From an uncultured Clostridium sp. (GTDB lineage: Bacteria > Bacillota_I > Bacilli_A > RF39 > UBA660): 64,000 nt of DNA. The stretch's first letter is position 1. Each line of letters starts with the position of its first letter. The position numbers were made by a program, and so were the translations under genes. The notes under the pieces were generated by a model, which was not told where the DNA came from, ran no database searches, and saw only the letters and a list, made by a program, of their open reading frames with translations. Below, piece after piece: positions 18,372 through 28,113 of the stretch. The stretch is from assembly GCA_902493795.1 (NCBI GenBank), contig CABUQZ010000007.1, positions 4,401 through 68,400 on the forward strand, written 5' to 3'.

Positions 18372-19065
18372 AGTGACTAATAAAGAAAAGTTAAAAAGTG
18401 TAATTGAAGAAGATATTGATGAAAAAAAATATTACAATGAAATAATTAAAAAGATAGAACAAAAAGAAAAAATAAAAAGGAATAATATATGGAAATACTC
18501 TTTGGTATCAATTTGTTTAGTAGCAATAATTAGTGGAATAATTTTTATAAACTTAAAAAATGATAATATTGTATTAAATGAAAATTCTAATGTCGAAATA
18601 AAACTTAATATAAATAATTTAGATAAAGTAGGTGCTTCAATGTTAGATATCGATGTTAAAGAAATACAAACTAAAGGATCAAATGCTTCATGGTTAGATG
18701 TTTTGAAAAATGACATTATAATTCCTAAAGATTTAACTAAATTTAATAGCTATAGTATTTATGTAAGAAAAGATAAAATGAGTGAATATAACATTTTAAA
18801 TTCTTATGTTTATAATTATTCTAATGAAAATAAAGATAAAAGTATTCGTATAGCTTTTTCAAGTATCAATAAACCTATTAGAGATTATTATTTTTCTGAT
18901 AAAGAAAGTAATATAACAAACATAAATGGTACAGAGTTAAAAATTTTTAAATACAATACTCTATATTTTACAGAATTTAGTTATAAAGGTTACAATTTTG
19001 ATATTGAAACAAATAATATAAGTGAAAAAGAATTATATAAGTTATTACTTTCGATTATAAAGTAA
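18358..19065 (+). CDS. putative anti-sigma factor (single-pass membrane protein)
   Basis: It overlaps the sigma gene stop. Architecture is a short cytoplasmic N-terminus, a TM (IWKYSLVSICLVAIISGIIFI) and an extracytoplasmic domain. The start is ambiguous (ATG 18358 or GTG 18373). Confidence 0.5.
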   Translation: MGENKVTNKEKLKSVIEEDIDEKKYYNEIIKKIEQKEKIKRNNIWKYSLVSICLVAIISGIIFINLKNDNIVLNENSNVEIKLNINNLDKVGASMLDIDVKEIQTKGSNASWLDVLKNDIIIPKDLTKFNSYSIYVRKDKMSEYNILNSYVYNYSNENKDKSIRIAFSSINKPIRDYYFSDKESNITNINGTELKIFKYNTLYFTEFSYKGYNFDIETNNISEKELYKLLLSIIK

Positions 19066-19152
19066 TGTATAATATATATATAATTAAGTAATACAAAAAA
19101 TAGACAAATATTACTTTAAAGCCAGTATAATAATAGGGAAAGGTGATGCGTA

Positions 19153-20379
19153 ATGAAAAGACTAATATTAAGTATAATCTGTTTTCTTTTACTTATAACT
19201 CGAGTAAATGCCTTAGAGCTTAGTAGTAAACATATCGTTTTATACAATTTAAATGATAATGAGATAGTATATGAAGAGGGGAAGGATGAAAAAACAAGTA
19301 TTGCAAGTCTAACTAAGATTATGACAACTTTAGTAGCTATTGAAAATATTCCTGATTTTAATGAAACAGTAACAATAAAAAGTAGTATGTTTTATGGACT
19401 GGAAGAAGCAAATGCCTCTGTTGCAGGACTAAGACACAACCAAAAAGTAACCTATAATGATTTACTATATGGATTGTTTTTACCTAGTGGAGCAGATGCT
19501 GCTAGAGCTCTTGCAATCACGTTAGCAGGAAGTGAAGAGAAATTTGTTGACTTGATGAATCAAAAAGCAATAGAATTAGGCTTAAAAAACACTCATTTTG
19601 TAAACTCAACAGGATTAGATGCTGAAAATCATTATTCCACTGTAAATGAAGTAGCAATCATATTGAAATATGCATATCAAAACAAAAAATTTAAAGAAAT
19701 ATTTGAAGCTGAAACCTATACCTTTTCAGATAAAACCTTAACAGTAAGAAGTACCTTTCGTAAAACTGCAAAAAACTCTGGAATTGATACATCATATATA
19801 AAAGGAGCCAAAACCGGATATACTTATGAAGCAGGAAGATGCTTAGCATCTATTGCTTACGATGAAAAAAATCAAATCACTTATTTATTGGTAACCACAA
19901 ATGCCGAAGGAACACCTAATCATATTAAAGATGCCAAGAATGTTTATGACTACTATTTTGATAATTATAAATATCATAATTTAGTTGATAAAAATGATTT
20001 ATTAGTAACAATTCCTACAAAATACTCAAAAACAAAAAAAGTAAATTTTTATGCAAAAGAAGATATTAGCAAGTATTTGAGTAATGATTTTAAAAAGGAA
20101 GACGTTACCGTTAAGTATGTTGGAGAAAAAATAATAACTCCTAAAATGAAAACTGGAACAAATCTAGGTACAATTGACGTAATTTATAAAGGAGAAGTAG
20201 TTGAAACGATTAACATTTCTCTAGAATCTAAGATACAATTTTCACTTACTGAATTTTTACTAGCTCATAAGATAACAGTAGTATTAGTTGTTTTGGTGAT
20301 TTTTGCAATTTTAATGATAAGAATAAAGTTAAATAAAAATAAAAAGAAATCATTAAAACAATGTAAGAGAAATAAATAA
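19153..20379 (+). CDS. D-alanyl-D-alanine carboxypeptidase (S11, PBP5/DacB-like) with a C-terminal membrane anchor
   Basis: Signal peptide, SxxK (SIASLTK) and KTG (AKTGYT). The SxN position reads LPSGADAA (Ala where Asn is usual). Confidence 0.8.
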   Translation: MKRLILSIICFLLLITRVNALELSSKHIVLYNLNDNEIVYEEGKDEKTSIASLTKIMTTLVAIENIPDFNETVTIKSSMFYGLEEANASVAGLRHNQKVTYNDLLYGLFLPSGADAARALAITLAGSEEKFVDLMNQKAIELGLKNTHFVNSTGLDAENHYSTVNEVAIILKYAYQNKKFKEIFEAETYTFSDKTLTVRSTFRKTAKNSGIDTSYIKGAKTGYTYEAGRCLASIAYDEKNQITYLLVTTNAEGTPNHIKDAKNVYDYYFDNYKYHNLVDKNDLLVTIPTKYSKTKKVNFYAKEDISKYLSNDFKKEDVTVKYVGEKIITPKMKTGTNLGTIDVIYKGEVVETINISLESKIQFSLTEFLLAHKITVVLVVLVIFAILMIRIKLNKNKKKSLKQCKRNK

Positions 20380-20415
20380 TAAATAAAATTACTCATATAA
20401 TTTAATGGTGATTAT

Positions 20416-21153
20416 ATGAGTAATTTTTTATTAAGCTTTATTATTACAATGTTATCTGGTTTTGCTACACTTTTAGGCTCATTAATAATTTTTGTAAAAA
20501 CAAAGCATCATAGTAAAATAATAGGAATAAGTCTTGTCTTTTCTGCTAGTATTATGCTATTTGTTTCATTTTTTGACTTAATTCCGTCATCTTTTAAATT
20601 GATAAATAAGTTTTATGAACTTCTTCCCACATTAATGCTACTTTTTATATATTTAATATTTGGGGGAGTTTTAGTAAATATTATAAGTAGTAAAACACCA
20701 AAAAATAATAATTTATATAAAATAGGGATAATATCTATGCTTGCTTTGATGCTTCATAATATACCAGAGGGAATAATAACGTTTACATCTTCAACTAAGG
20801 ATTTTAACCTAGGAGTATCTATTGCTATTTCAATAGCACTTCACAATATACCAGAAGGAATAGCAATAGCAGTACCAATTTATTATGCTAAAAACTCTAA
20901 GAAAACAGCTTTTATTTATACTTTGATTGCTGCAATATCAGAGCCATTTGGAGCATTTATAACCTATTTATTTATATCTCAAATTAATGATTATTTATTT
21001 GCTTTAATTCTTTCTCTTACAGCAGGAATAATGATATATTTATCAGTTTGTGAACTTTTAAAAGAGTATTTTAATAACTATAAAGATTGTAAAGTATTTA
21101 AATATTTTTTTCTAGGAGTTCTAATAATGATTTTAAGTAAAATTATTTTTTGA
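20416..21153 (+). CDS. zupT: ZIP-family zinc transporter ZupT
   Basis: Two HNIPEG motifs and about 8 TM segments. 245 aa. Confidence 0.8.
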   Translation: MSNFLLSFIITMLSGFATLLGSLIIFVKTKHHSKIIGISLVFSASIMLFVSFFDLIPSSFKLINKFYELLPTLMLLFIYLIFGGVLVNIISSKTPKNNNLYKIGIISMLALMLHNIPEGIITFTSSTKDFNLGVSIAISIALHNIPEGIAIAVPIYYAKNSKKTAFIYTLIAAISEPFGAFITYLFISQINDYLFALILSLTAGIMIYLSVCELLKEYFNNYKDCKVFKYFFLGVLIMILSKIIF

Positions 21154-21180
21154 TATAATTTTGGTGTTAGGAGTAAAAAT

Positions 21181-22494
21181 ATGAAAGAAATAATAAAATA
21201 CTTTATAAAGATGTTATTATCTACATTTGGAGTATTATTGCTTATCGATTTAGCGATACTTAGTTTTGGAATAACTTTATTTAACTTTAAATATGGAACA
21301 GAAGCAATTCTAGAAACAATAATGCTTGCAATTATTTTGATAGTACTTAAAAAGTCAAATAATCTAAATATACTTGTAAAAAAGAAAGAAAAAACACTTC
21401 CTTCACTAAAATATGGTGGAATTCTATTATTAATTATTGCAATACTATTTTTATCAAATGTTGAGGGTGCAGTTGGTGCAAGACCAGGAAATATACTTAA
21501 TTTAATATTATATTGTATATTAATTGGTATCTCAGAAGAATTATTATGTAGAGGATGGATTCAAAATAGTTTTCTAAAACGTTTTGGTAAATCAGAAAAA
21601 GGAGCTTTTTTATCTATATTATTTGCTTCTTTAGTATTTGGGTTTATTCATATTACTAATGTTTTTGCAGGTAATACTATTCTAGAAACAGTAGCTCAGA
21701 TCTTGCAAACAACAAGTTTGGGTTTCCTACTAGGTATGATTTACTATAAATCAGGTAATATTTGGACACCAATAATTTTGCATGCAACATATGACTTTGC
21801 CATAATGACAGCAGAAGTGGGAGCTTTTAAAGATTGTGTAATACTAGATGATCCAACATTTTCATCCACACTAGCAACATTTTATTCAACTTTAATTTTA
21901 ATTTTATTGTATATAGTACAAGGACTAAAAGTATTTAAATGGGATGAAGAAAACAAAGTAAGAAATAGAAAATATAACATTGCATTAGTTGTTTTATTTA
22001 TGGCTACATACATTCCAATAGGTGATAGCAAGAGTGTAAGAGTATGCTATAACTATGAAAGTAAGAAAATAAATGAAGACTATGAAATATCATACATATA
22101 TAAAGATAAATATTCGTTTACTGATGAAAATAATAATACTATAACTTTAAATGTTGATGATGAAAATAAACTAACGATAAAAAATGAAACGACAAATGAA
22201 AGTACAACAATAGAATATATATCAAGTTATAAAGTAATAAAAAAAGATAACAATTATAAAATATTAATGGAGCAAAACGATGGTACTTCAACAAAGCTAT
22301 TATATCTAGAATCAAATTTAAATGAAATAAACAATTTAAATGAAAACATAAAAAAACTAGATGCCCCATACGCAGTGGAGTTAGGATATATTGAAACATT
22401 AGAAAGTAATGAACAATATTTTATAATAAGAACAGATTTAAATGATATATTTATTATTGAGGATGATAAAAATATTTATTTACTAAAAAGATAG
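21181..22494 (+). CDS. CPBP (CAAX) family intramembrane metalloprotease with an extra C-terminal soluble domain
   Basis: SEELLCRGW (EExxxR), FGFIH and HATYDF motifs. The C-terminal ~170 aa is non-membrane. Confidence 0.7.
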   Translation: MKEIIKYFIKMLLSTFGVLLLIDLAILSFGITLFNFKYGTEAILETIMLAIILIVLKKSNNLNILVKKKEKTLPSLKYGGILLLIIAILFLSNVEGAVGARPGNILNLILYCILIGISEELLCRGWIQNSFLKRFGKSEKGAFLSILFASLVFGFIHITNVFAGNTILETVAQILQTTSLGFLLGMIYYKSGNIWTPIILHATYDFAIMTAEVGAFKDCVILDDPTFSSTLATFYSTLILILLYIVQGLKVFKWDEENKVRNRKYNIALVVLFMATYIPIGDSKSVRVCYNYESKKINEDYEISYIYKDKYSFTDENNNTITLNVDDENKLTIKNETTNESTTIEYISSYKVIKKDNNYKILMEQNDGTSTKLLYLESNLNEINNLNENIKKLDAPYAVELGYIETLESNEQYFIIRTDLNDIFIIEDDKNIYLLKR

Positions 22495-22506
22495 TAAGAC
22501 AAAATA

Positions 22507-22545
22507 AAAATGCTTAAATTAAATTAAATTAAGCATTTTTTATTT
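22507..22545. terminator. Bidirectional terminator between convergent genes
   Basis: AAAATGCTTAA-(11 nt)-TTAAGCATTTT flanked by A- and T-runs. Confidence 0.75.
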
Positions 22546-22548
22546 TTA

Positions 22549-25413
22549 TTATGGAGTTTCTGGCTCAACTGGTTCTTGAACAGGAGGTGGAGAATTATCT
22601 ACAATTGTTACCTTCCTTGTTAAAGTTCTATCGTAACTAGTTCCATATGTTAATCGATAAGTAATTGTATATTCATTAGCTGAATCAGTACTTATATTTG
22701 CTATATTATTACCATTATTATCTTTTATCGTTACTGTAACATTAGGAGTAACAGCAACTCCATCTTTAGTTAATGATACATCTTTTGCGCTAGGATTTAA
22801 ATCAACAGCGTTAAGACTATCACCAACATTATATGTTGTAGTGCTATTTGCATTTAAATAAGCTTCATATTTTGAATTATCTTTATATTCTATTTTATCA
22901 GTAGCACCTAAGCTATCAACAGTAGATACATTTTGGTATCCAGCTGATACTCTATAAACACCATTAGGATCAGCAACATTTTTAATTGTAAATTTATTAT
23001 CAGTAGTAAATCCTAAATAAACGCTTCCTTTGAATATCTTATATCCTAAAGCTCCATAAGAACCTGATAAATCTTCTTCAGGATTAGGTATACGATTCCA
23101 TGTTAATGTAACTACTTTAGTGTTTTCATCATAACTTGCTTTAAAGTTAGTAACATCTGGAAGTTTTTGGTAAGCAGCAGATACTTCTTTTGGTTCAGTT
23201 CCTTTAGCAAACCATTCATATACTATTTTATTTGATGGAGTGTATTGACTAGGTAGTTTTAATGGTTTATTTACATCATCAGAAATTTCAACTCCAACTT
23301 TTATAACTGAATTAGGAACTGCAAAGTCTTGACCATTCTTTTTGAAAATCTTGCTTCCTAAAGCATTGAATAAGTTCTTTCTGTTTCTAAGAGCAGCAGA
23401 TGTATTAGACCAATATTTTGAACTTATTGGTTCATATCCATACCATAATGATATAACTGTTTCAGGGTCATAACCAATAATCCATGCATCGTTTATTGCA
23501 TCATCACCTAAGTGATATTTATATTTTGTAGCAGCAGTATAGTTTGTTGTACCAGTTTTAGCAGCAACGTTAACACCTTGAACTTTACCAGCACCACTTA
23601 ATCCGTTAGTTACAGCAGTTTTTAAGCAATCTGTAATCATAAAAGCAGTTGATGTTTTCATAACCCTAGTTCTAGTTGCGTCGGCAACAACAATTTCACC
23701 AGTATCTCTAAATTCAATTTTAGAAATTGTGTATGGTTCAATATATTCTCCGCCATTAGCAAACGCTGCATAAGCACCAGCCATTTCTAGTGGATTAGAT
23801 CCATTAAATGATCCAATAGAGTAGGCTTCATGTAAATATTTTGATTCTTCAGAATCCTTTTCAAGAGTAATTCCAAGGGACTTAACAAAGTTATAAATAA
23901 ACTTATTATCTACTTGTTGGAAAGCTTTCAAGGCAGGAACATTTCTTGACTGAGCAAGAGCAGTTCTAAGAGTAATTATTCCCATATGACCTCTATCTGA
24001 GTTTCTTATTTCCTGTCCTGTACTATAGTAGTACCTTGAGTCATCAAATAGTTTAGCAGTTGACCATCCTAGTGACTCCATACCAGGAGCGTAATCAAAT
24101 ATTGGCTTAGCAGTAGATCCTATCTGACGTTTTGTCTGTGTTGCATAGTTAAACTTCATATTACCTGTTTGGTTACGTCCTGCTCCAATTGCAGTAATTT
24201 TTCCTGTTTTAGCTTCAACTACAGCAATACCAGCTTGAACTTCAGGATTATCCCACTTGTATGTCTTACCACTCATAATATCATCTACTACAGTTTGATA
24301 AGCTGGATTCATATTAGTGTATATCTTCATTGATGTAGTATGTGGGTTTGCACCATACTTCTTTTGAGCCTCTTCAACTACTGTGTTTAAATAAGACCAA
24401 TATTTTTGAGTCTCTTTTTGTGGATGAAGTAAAGAAGTAACTGGAACTCTTTTTACAATTTCAAGTTCTTCTTTAGTAATATATCCATGTTTATACATTA
24501 AATTAAGTACTGTTGCACGTCTTTCTTCGGCAGCTTCAGGATGCTTAAATGGATCGTATGTATTAGGAGCTTGGAACATTCCAATAAGTGTTGCTGATTC
24601 TGCAATATTTAATTGATATGCATGTTTATTAAAATATTCCATACTAGCTTGCTCAATTCCATAAGCATTATTTCCTAAAAAGTGGTTGTTTAAATAAAAT
24701 TCAATAATTTCTTGCTTAGAGTATTTATTCTCTATTTTAAATACAGCCATATAAATATCAGTAAATTTACGACTAATTCCTGCAAACCCTTCAGTTACAT
24801 CAGCTTTATCAGCGTTGTAACTGTTTTTTGCAACCTGCATTGTTAGTGTTGAAGCACCACCGGCATCTCTTTTACCTAAAGCCTGTTTAAGTGAGGCAAC
24901 TAAAAATCTAGGAGCATCAAAACCATTATGTTGGAAAAATCTTGAGTCCTCAGTTGCAATTAACGCATCAACAAGAGACTCATTTAATTGCTCATATTTA
25001 ATAATCTCACGTTTTTGAGTACCAAGTTCTGCAATTTCAGCTCCAGTACTATCGTAAATAATAGTTGTCTGTGTCATTGTAAGTATATCTTCATTAAATT
25101 CAGGAGCATTTTTAACTATGTAATTTAAAAACCAAGCAACACCACCAACTCCTGCAATAGCACAAAGTAAAATAAAAATTGCAATACAGTTAAGAGTTAT
25201 TCTAACCCATTTCTTTTTTTTCTTATTCTCAAGTACTTTAGAAATCCAAATGATAAATAAAATTCCTAAAATTAGAATCAAAGTGAATAAAAAATTCATA
25301 AATATTAAACCCAAAACTAAAGTAATAACTAAAAATATTCCAAGTAGTTTAACATTAGGTTTTAAATGAATTTTTGTATTAATCGTATTTTTCTTTTTCT
25401 TAGTCTTTGCCAT
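22549..25413 (-). CDS. ponA: class A penicillin-binding protein 1A (glycosyltransferase/transpeptidase)
   Basis: N-terminal TM, GT51 motif EDSRFFQHNGFD, and transpeptidase motifs STAKP, SRN and KTGTT. The C-terminal extension ends in a Pro-rich tail. Confidence 0.95.
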   Translation of the reverse strand: MAKTKKKKNTINTKIHLKPNVKLLGIFLVITLVLGLIFMNFLFTLILILGILFIIWISKVLENKKKKKWVRITLNCIAIFILLCAIAGVGGVAWFLNYIVKNAPEFNEDILTMTQTTIIYDSTGAEIAELGTQKREIIKYEQLNESLVDALIATEDSRFFQHNGFDAPRFLVASLKQALGKRDAGGASTLTMQVAKNSYNADKADVTEGFAGISRKFTDIYMAVFKIENKYSKQEIIEFYLNNHFLGNNAYGIEQASMEYFNKHAYQLNIAESATLIGMFQAPNTYDPFKHPEAAEERRATVLNLMYKHGYITKEELEIVKRVPVTSLLHPQKETQKYWSYLNTVVEEAQKKYGANPHTTSMKIYTNMNPAYQTVVDDIMSGKTYKWDNPEVQAGIAVVEAKTGKITAIGAGRNQTGNMKFNYATQTKRQIGSTAKPIFDYAPGMESLGWSTAKLFDDSRYYYSTGQEIRNSDRGHMGIITLRTALAQSRNVPALKAFQQVDNKFIYNFVKSLGITLEKDSEESKYLHEAYSIGSFNGSNPLEMAGAYAAFANGGEYIEPYTISKIEFRDTGEIVVADATRTRVMKTSTAFMITDCLKTAVTNGLSGAGKVQGVNVAAKTGTTNYTAATKYKYHLGDDAINDAWIIGYDPETVISLWYGYEPISSKYWSNTSAALRNRKNLFNALGSKIFKKNGQDFAVPNSVIKVGVEISDDVNKPLKLPSQYTPSNKIVYEWFAKGTEPKEVSAAYQKLPDVTNFKASYDENTKVVTLTWNRIPNPEEDLSGSYGALGYKIFKGSVYLGFTTDNKFTIKNVADPNGVYRVSAGYQNVSTVDSLGATDKIEYKDNSKYEAYLNANSTTTYNVGDSLNAVDLNPSAKDVSLTKDGVAVTPNVTVTIKDNNGNNIANISTDSANEYTITYRLTYGTSYDRTLTRKVTIVDNSPPPVQEPVEPETP

Positions 25414-25987
25414 TTTTTCCTCCTAAGATATTATCAATAATTTTTAAATAGTCCAGTCTAGGATTATATGATATATCTACCAAATATCCTTTTTTTTCAA
25501 AATATTCATATGGAATAGATTTTCTATCATTTTCTTTTAAAAAACTTATTAAATCTTCTCCCATTAATATGTAATTCTTATCAAGATGAACAAATCTAAC
25601 AATTAAAAATCCTATTCCACCATTTTCTACTACATGTTTGATATGAAGTATTTGATGTTTATGTATATTAGCAAGTGGAAAAGATGTTTTATTAGTCGTT
25701 TCTTTTGCTTCAAAATCAATATATAAGCCCCTATAAAGCCCATTATAATCAGTAGTAGATGGCTCTTTAAAAAAAGCTTCTTTAATCGTCATACTATTAT
25801 TTTTATAATCAACTTTAGTAACCTGTATAGGAGTAGGTTTTTTATAAATATATGCAATACCTTTATCAATATAATATTGATTAGTTATATTTATATCTTC
25901 CTCTAAACCCATACCTCTATTATCGAATCTTATATAGTTATCACTGTTGTATCTTTTAATCCCTTTTGGGTAGTTCACTAAAATCAC
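25400..25987 (-). CDS. recU: Holliday junction resolvase RecU
   Basis: 195 aa. It overlaps the ponA start by 14 nt (recU-ponA operon as in B. subtilis). FDNRGMGLEEDIN and YIDFEAKET blocks are present. Confidence 0.85.
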   Translation of the reverse strand: MILVNYPKGIKRYNSDNYIRFDNRGMGLEEDINITNQYYIDKGIAYIYKKPTPIQVTKVDYKNNSMTIKEAFFKEPSTTDYNGLYRGLYIDFEAKETTNKTSFPLANIHKHQILHIKHVVENGGIGFLIVRFVHLDKNYILMGEDLISFLKENDRKSIPYEYFEKKGYLVDISYNPRLDYLKIIDNILGGKNGKD

Positions 25988-26141
25988 CTAGATATTTCTA
26001 CATATCTTTAATAATTATACTATACATATTTATATTTTTCTATAATATTTAATCATATTTCATATTATTTTTCATATTGTTATATTTGACAAACAAGCGA
26101 TTTTATATGATAATATAAAGAGTAAGGGATTGGTGATATAG

Positions 26142-26486
26142 ATGTATCAAGAACAATTCAATTTATCTCCTAAAGATATTTTAGAAAAAGAATTTAAAAT
26201 AGACACAAGAGGGTATAGATTAAAAGAAGTAGATCAATATCTAGACCTTATAATTAGTGATTATGAACAATTCTTTAAAATATTGAAAGATAAGGATAAA
26301 GAAAAAGAGGAGTTACTTAATGAGATAATGTCTTTAAAGCAAGAAAACAGAAATTTGAAGACTAGTCTAGAGATTGCTAAATCAGCAGATGATGATGGTA
26401 ATGATTCAGGAAAGACAGTATCAAATGTTGATATTATGAAAAGATTATCTCAACTTGAAAAAATAGTTTACGGAAAAGATGAATAA
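26142..26486 (+). CDS. gpsB: cell-cycle protein GpsB (DivIVA-domain)
   Basis: FKIDTRGYRLKEVDQYLD DivIVA-like N-terminal domain followed by a coiled coil. rnpB follows, as in B. subtilis. Confidence 0.85.
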   Translation: MYQEQFNLSPKDILEKEFKIDTRGYRLKEVDQYLDLIISDYEQFFKILKDKDKEKEELLNEIMSLKQENRNLKTSLEIAKSADDDGNDSGKTVSNVDIMKRLSQLEKIVYGKDE

Positions 26487-26842
26487 TACTTAGGGCAAAC
26501 GCTATATATGAGTATATAGAGGAAAGTCCATGCTCACAGAGTCTGAAATGACTCTAGTGTTCGTGCTAAGGGAGAAAGTAACCTTAGGTAGCAAATTAGC
26601 TTTTGCTAACGGCGACGAATTAATCTAAGTCTTTGATATGATTATAGTAGTCATAAAGTGTCAAAGTGACGAATAAACTGGAAACAGTGGAAGTGGAACG
26701 CGATAAACCCCGCGAGTGAGAAACTCAAATATTGGTAGAGGAGCTCTAACAAAGGAATTTTAACAGAGTTAGGGACTAGGTAACTAGTAGATAAATGTTT
26801 GCCACCTAGTAATAGGTACAGAACATGGCTTATTAAGTATTA
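26487..26842 (+). ncRNA. rnpB: RNase P RNA, type B (Firmicutes)
   Basis: Universal blocks GAGGAAAGTCCATGCTC (5') and ACAGAACATGGCTTA (3'), plus AGTGGAACGCGATAAACCCCGCGAGTGAGAAACTCAAAT. P1 pairs TACTTA (26487-) with TAAGTA (-26839). Confidence 0.95.
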
Positions 26843-26869
26843 TTTTTATTTATTTTAATAGAGGTGTTT

Positions 26870-27376
26870 ATGAAAGAGCTTGGTGAATATTTAAAAGAAA
26901 CAAGAATAAACAACGGTGTAAGTATTGACGAAGCTGCACAAGACTTAAATATAGATGATTTTTTATTAGAAAGTATTGAAGATGGAAACACAAGAACATT
27001 TAAAGATGTTTTATCGATGAAAGAAAAAATTAAAAGTTATGCTAAATATTTAGGGTTAAAGCCTGAAGAAGTAATAGATGAATTTAATGATTATTTATTT
27101 GAAAAGACATCAAAAATTTCTTTGCAGGACATACTTGATGCAGAAAAAAATGCTAATAAGAATAATGGTACAGAAAGAAAAAAGATATCATCACCATATA
27201 CTATTATAAAACCTAGTAAAAAAGACAGAAAAAGCATATTGATTTTAATTGGTATGATTCTACTTTTGATGTTATTTGTTATATTAGTCTTTAATATAAT
27301 AAGACCAAAGAAAAATACAATTACTAAAGAATTAAAATATAAGTTAGAAGGTGAAAAATATGAACTTACCGAATAA
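26870..27376 (+). CDS. RodZ-like HTH membrane protein
   Basis: XRE-type HTH (ETRINNGVSIDEAAQDLNI) and one TM (ILILIGMILLLMLFVILVFNII). Its position before pgsA-recA matches B. subtilis ymfM/rodZ. Confidence 0.6.
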   Translation: MKELGEYLKETRINNGVSIDEAAQDLNIDDFLLESIEDGNTRTFKDVLSMKEKIKSYAKYLGLKPEEVIDEFNDYLFEKTSKISLQDILDAEKNANKNNGTERKKISSPYTIIKPSKKDRKSILILIGMILLLMLFVILVFNIIRPKKNTITKELKYKLEGEKYELTE

Positions 27377-27962
27377 ATTAACAATCGCAAGATTGATTTT
27401 GTCGCTAATCATAATAGTTATATTATGTCTTCCATTTCATCGTTTTGGAATAGATATTCCAGAAGGACCTGTAATCGAAGGTATAGCATTAAAATGGGAA
27501 TTTATTGTTTCTGGTGCTATTTTTATAATTGCTAGCCTAACAGATTTCCTTGACGGACATATTGCAAGATCAAGAGGACTTGTTACAAACACAGGTAAAA
27601 TGTTAGATGCAATTGCAGATAAAGTGCTTGTTAATTCTGTACTAATCATTTTAGCAGCAAAAGGAGAAATAAACGCTGTAATACCGGTAGTAATCGTAGT
27701 ACGTGATATCATTGTTAACGCTATAAAGATGGAAGCAGCTAGCAAAGGAAAAGTAGTAGCAGCAATTGGAAGTGGAAAAATTAAAACAGCTACTTTAATG
27801 ATTGGAACTATTTTAGTATTCTTTGGTAATATGCCATTTGAAATGTGGGGATTTAATGTAGCAGAGTTCTTCTTATGGTTCGCTACAATAATGTCAATTA
27901 TATCAATGATTCAATATTATAATATAAATAAAAAATTAATAATTGATGAAAATAGTAAGTAG
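27360..27962 (+). CDS. pgsA: CDP-diacylglycerol--glycerol-3-phosphate 3-phosphatidyltransferase
   Basis: CDP-alcohol phosphatidyltransferase motif DGHIARSRGLVTNTGKMLDAIADK. Polytopic. Confidence 0.9.
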   Translation: MNLPNKLTIARLILSLIIIVILCLPFHRFGIDIPEGPVIEGIALKWEFIVSGAIFIIASLTDFLDGHIARSRGLVTNTGKMLDAIADKVLVNSVLIILAAKGEINAVIPVVIVVRDIIVNAIKMEAASKGKVVAAIGSGKIKTATLMIGTILVFFGNMPFEMWGFNVAEFFLWFATIMSIISMIQYYNINKKLIIDENSK

Positions 27963-27970
27963 TAAAAAAT

Positions 27971-27998
27971 GAATTTCTGTATAGAAGTTCTTTTTTTT
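27971..27998 (+). terminator. Rho-independent terminator
   Basis: GAATTTCT-GTAT-AGAAGTTC followed by T8. Confidence 0.7.
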
Positions 27999-28027
27999 AG
28001 CATAAAAATACGTAAAAAACACATAAT

Positions 28028-28041
28028 CAAACAAATGTTCT
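28028..28041 (+). promoter_or_regulatory. candidate LexA (Cheo/DinR) box upstream of recA
   Basis: CAAACAAATGTTCT matches the Firmicute consensus CGAACRNRYGTTYC at 12 of 14 positions. It lies just upstream of the -35. Confidence 0.4.
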
Positions 28042-28049
28042 AAAAAGTA

Positions 28050-28078
28050 TTGATTTTTTGATTTTTATAGTGTATCAT
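28050..28078 (+). promoter_or_regulatory. recA promoter
   Basis: TTGATT, 17-nt spacer, TATCAT. Confidence 0.45.
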
Positions 28079-28113
28079 TAATTCATAAGTAAATATGTGG
28101 AGGAAATATTAAT

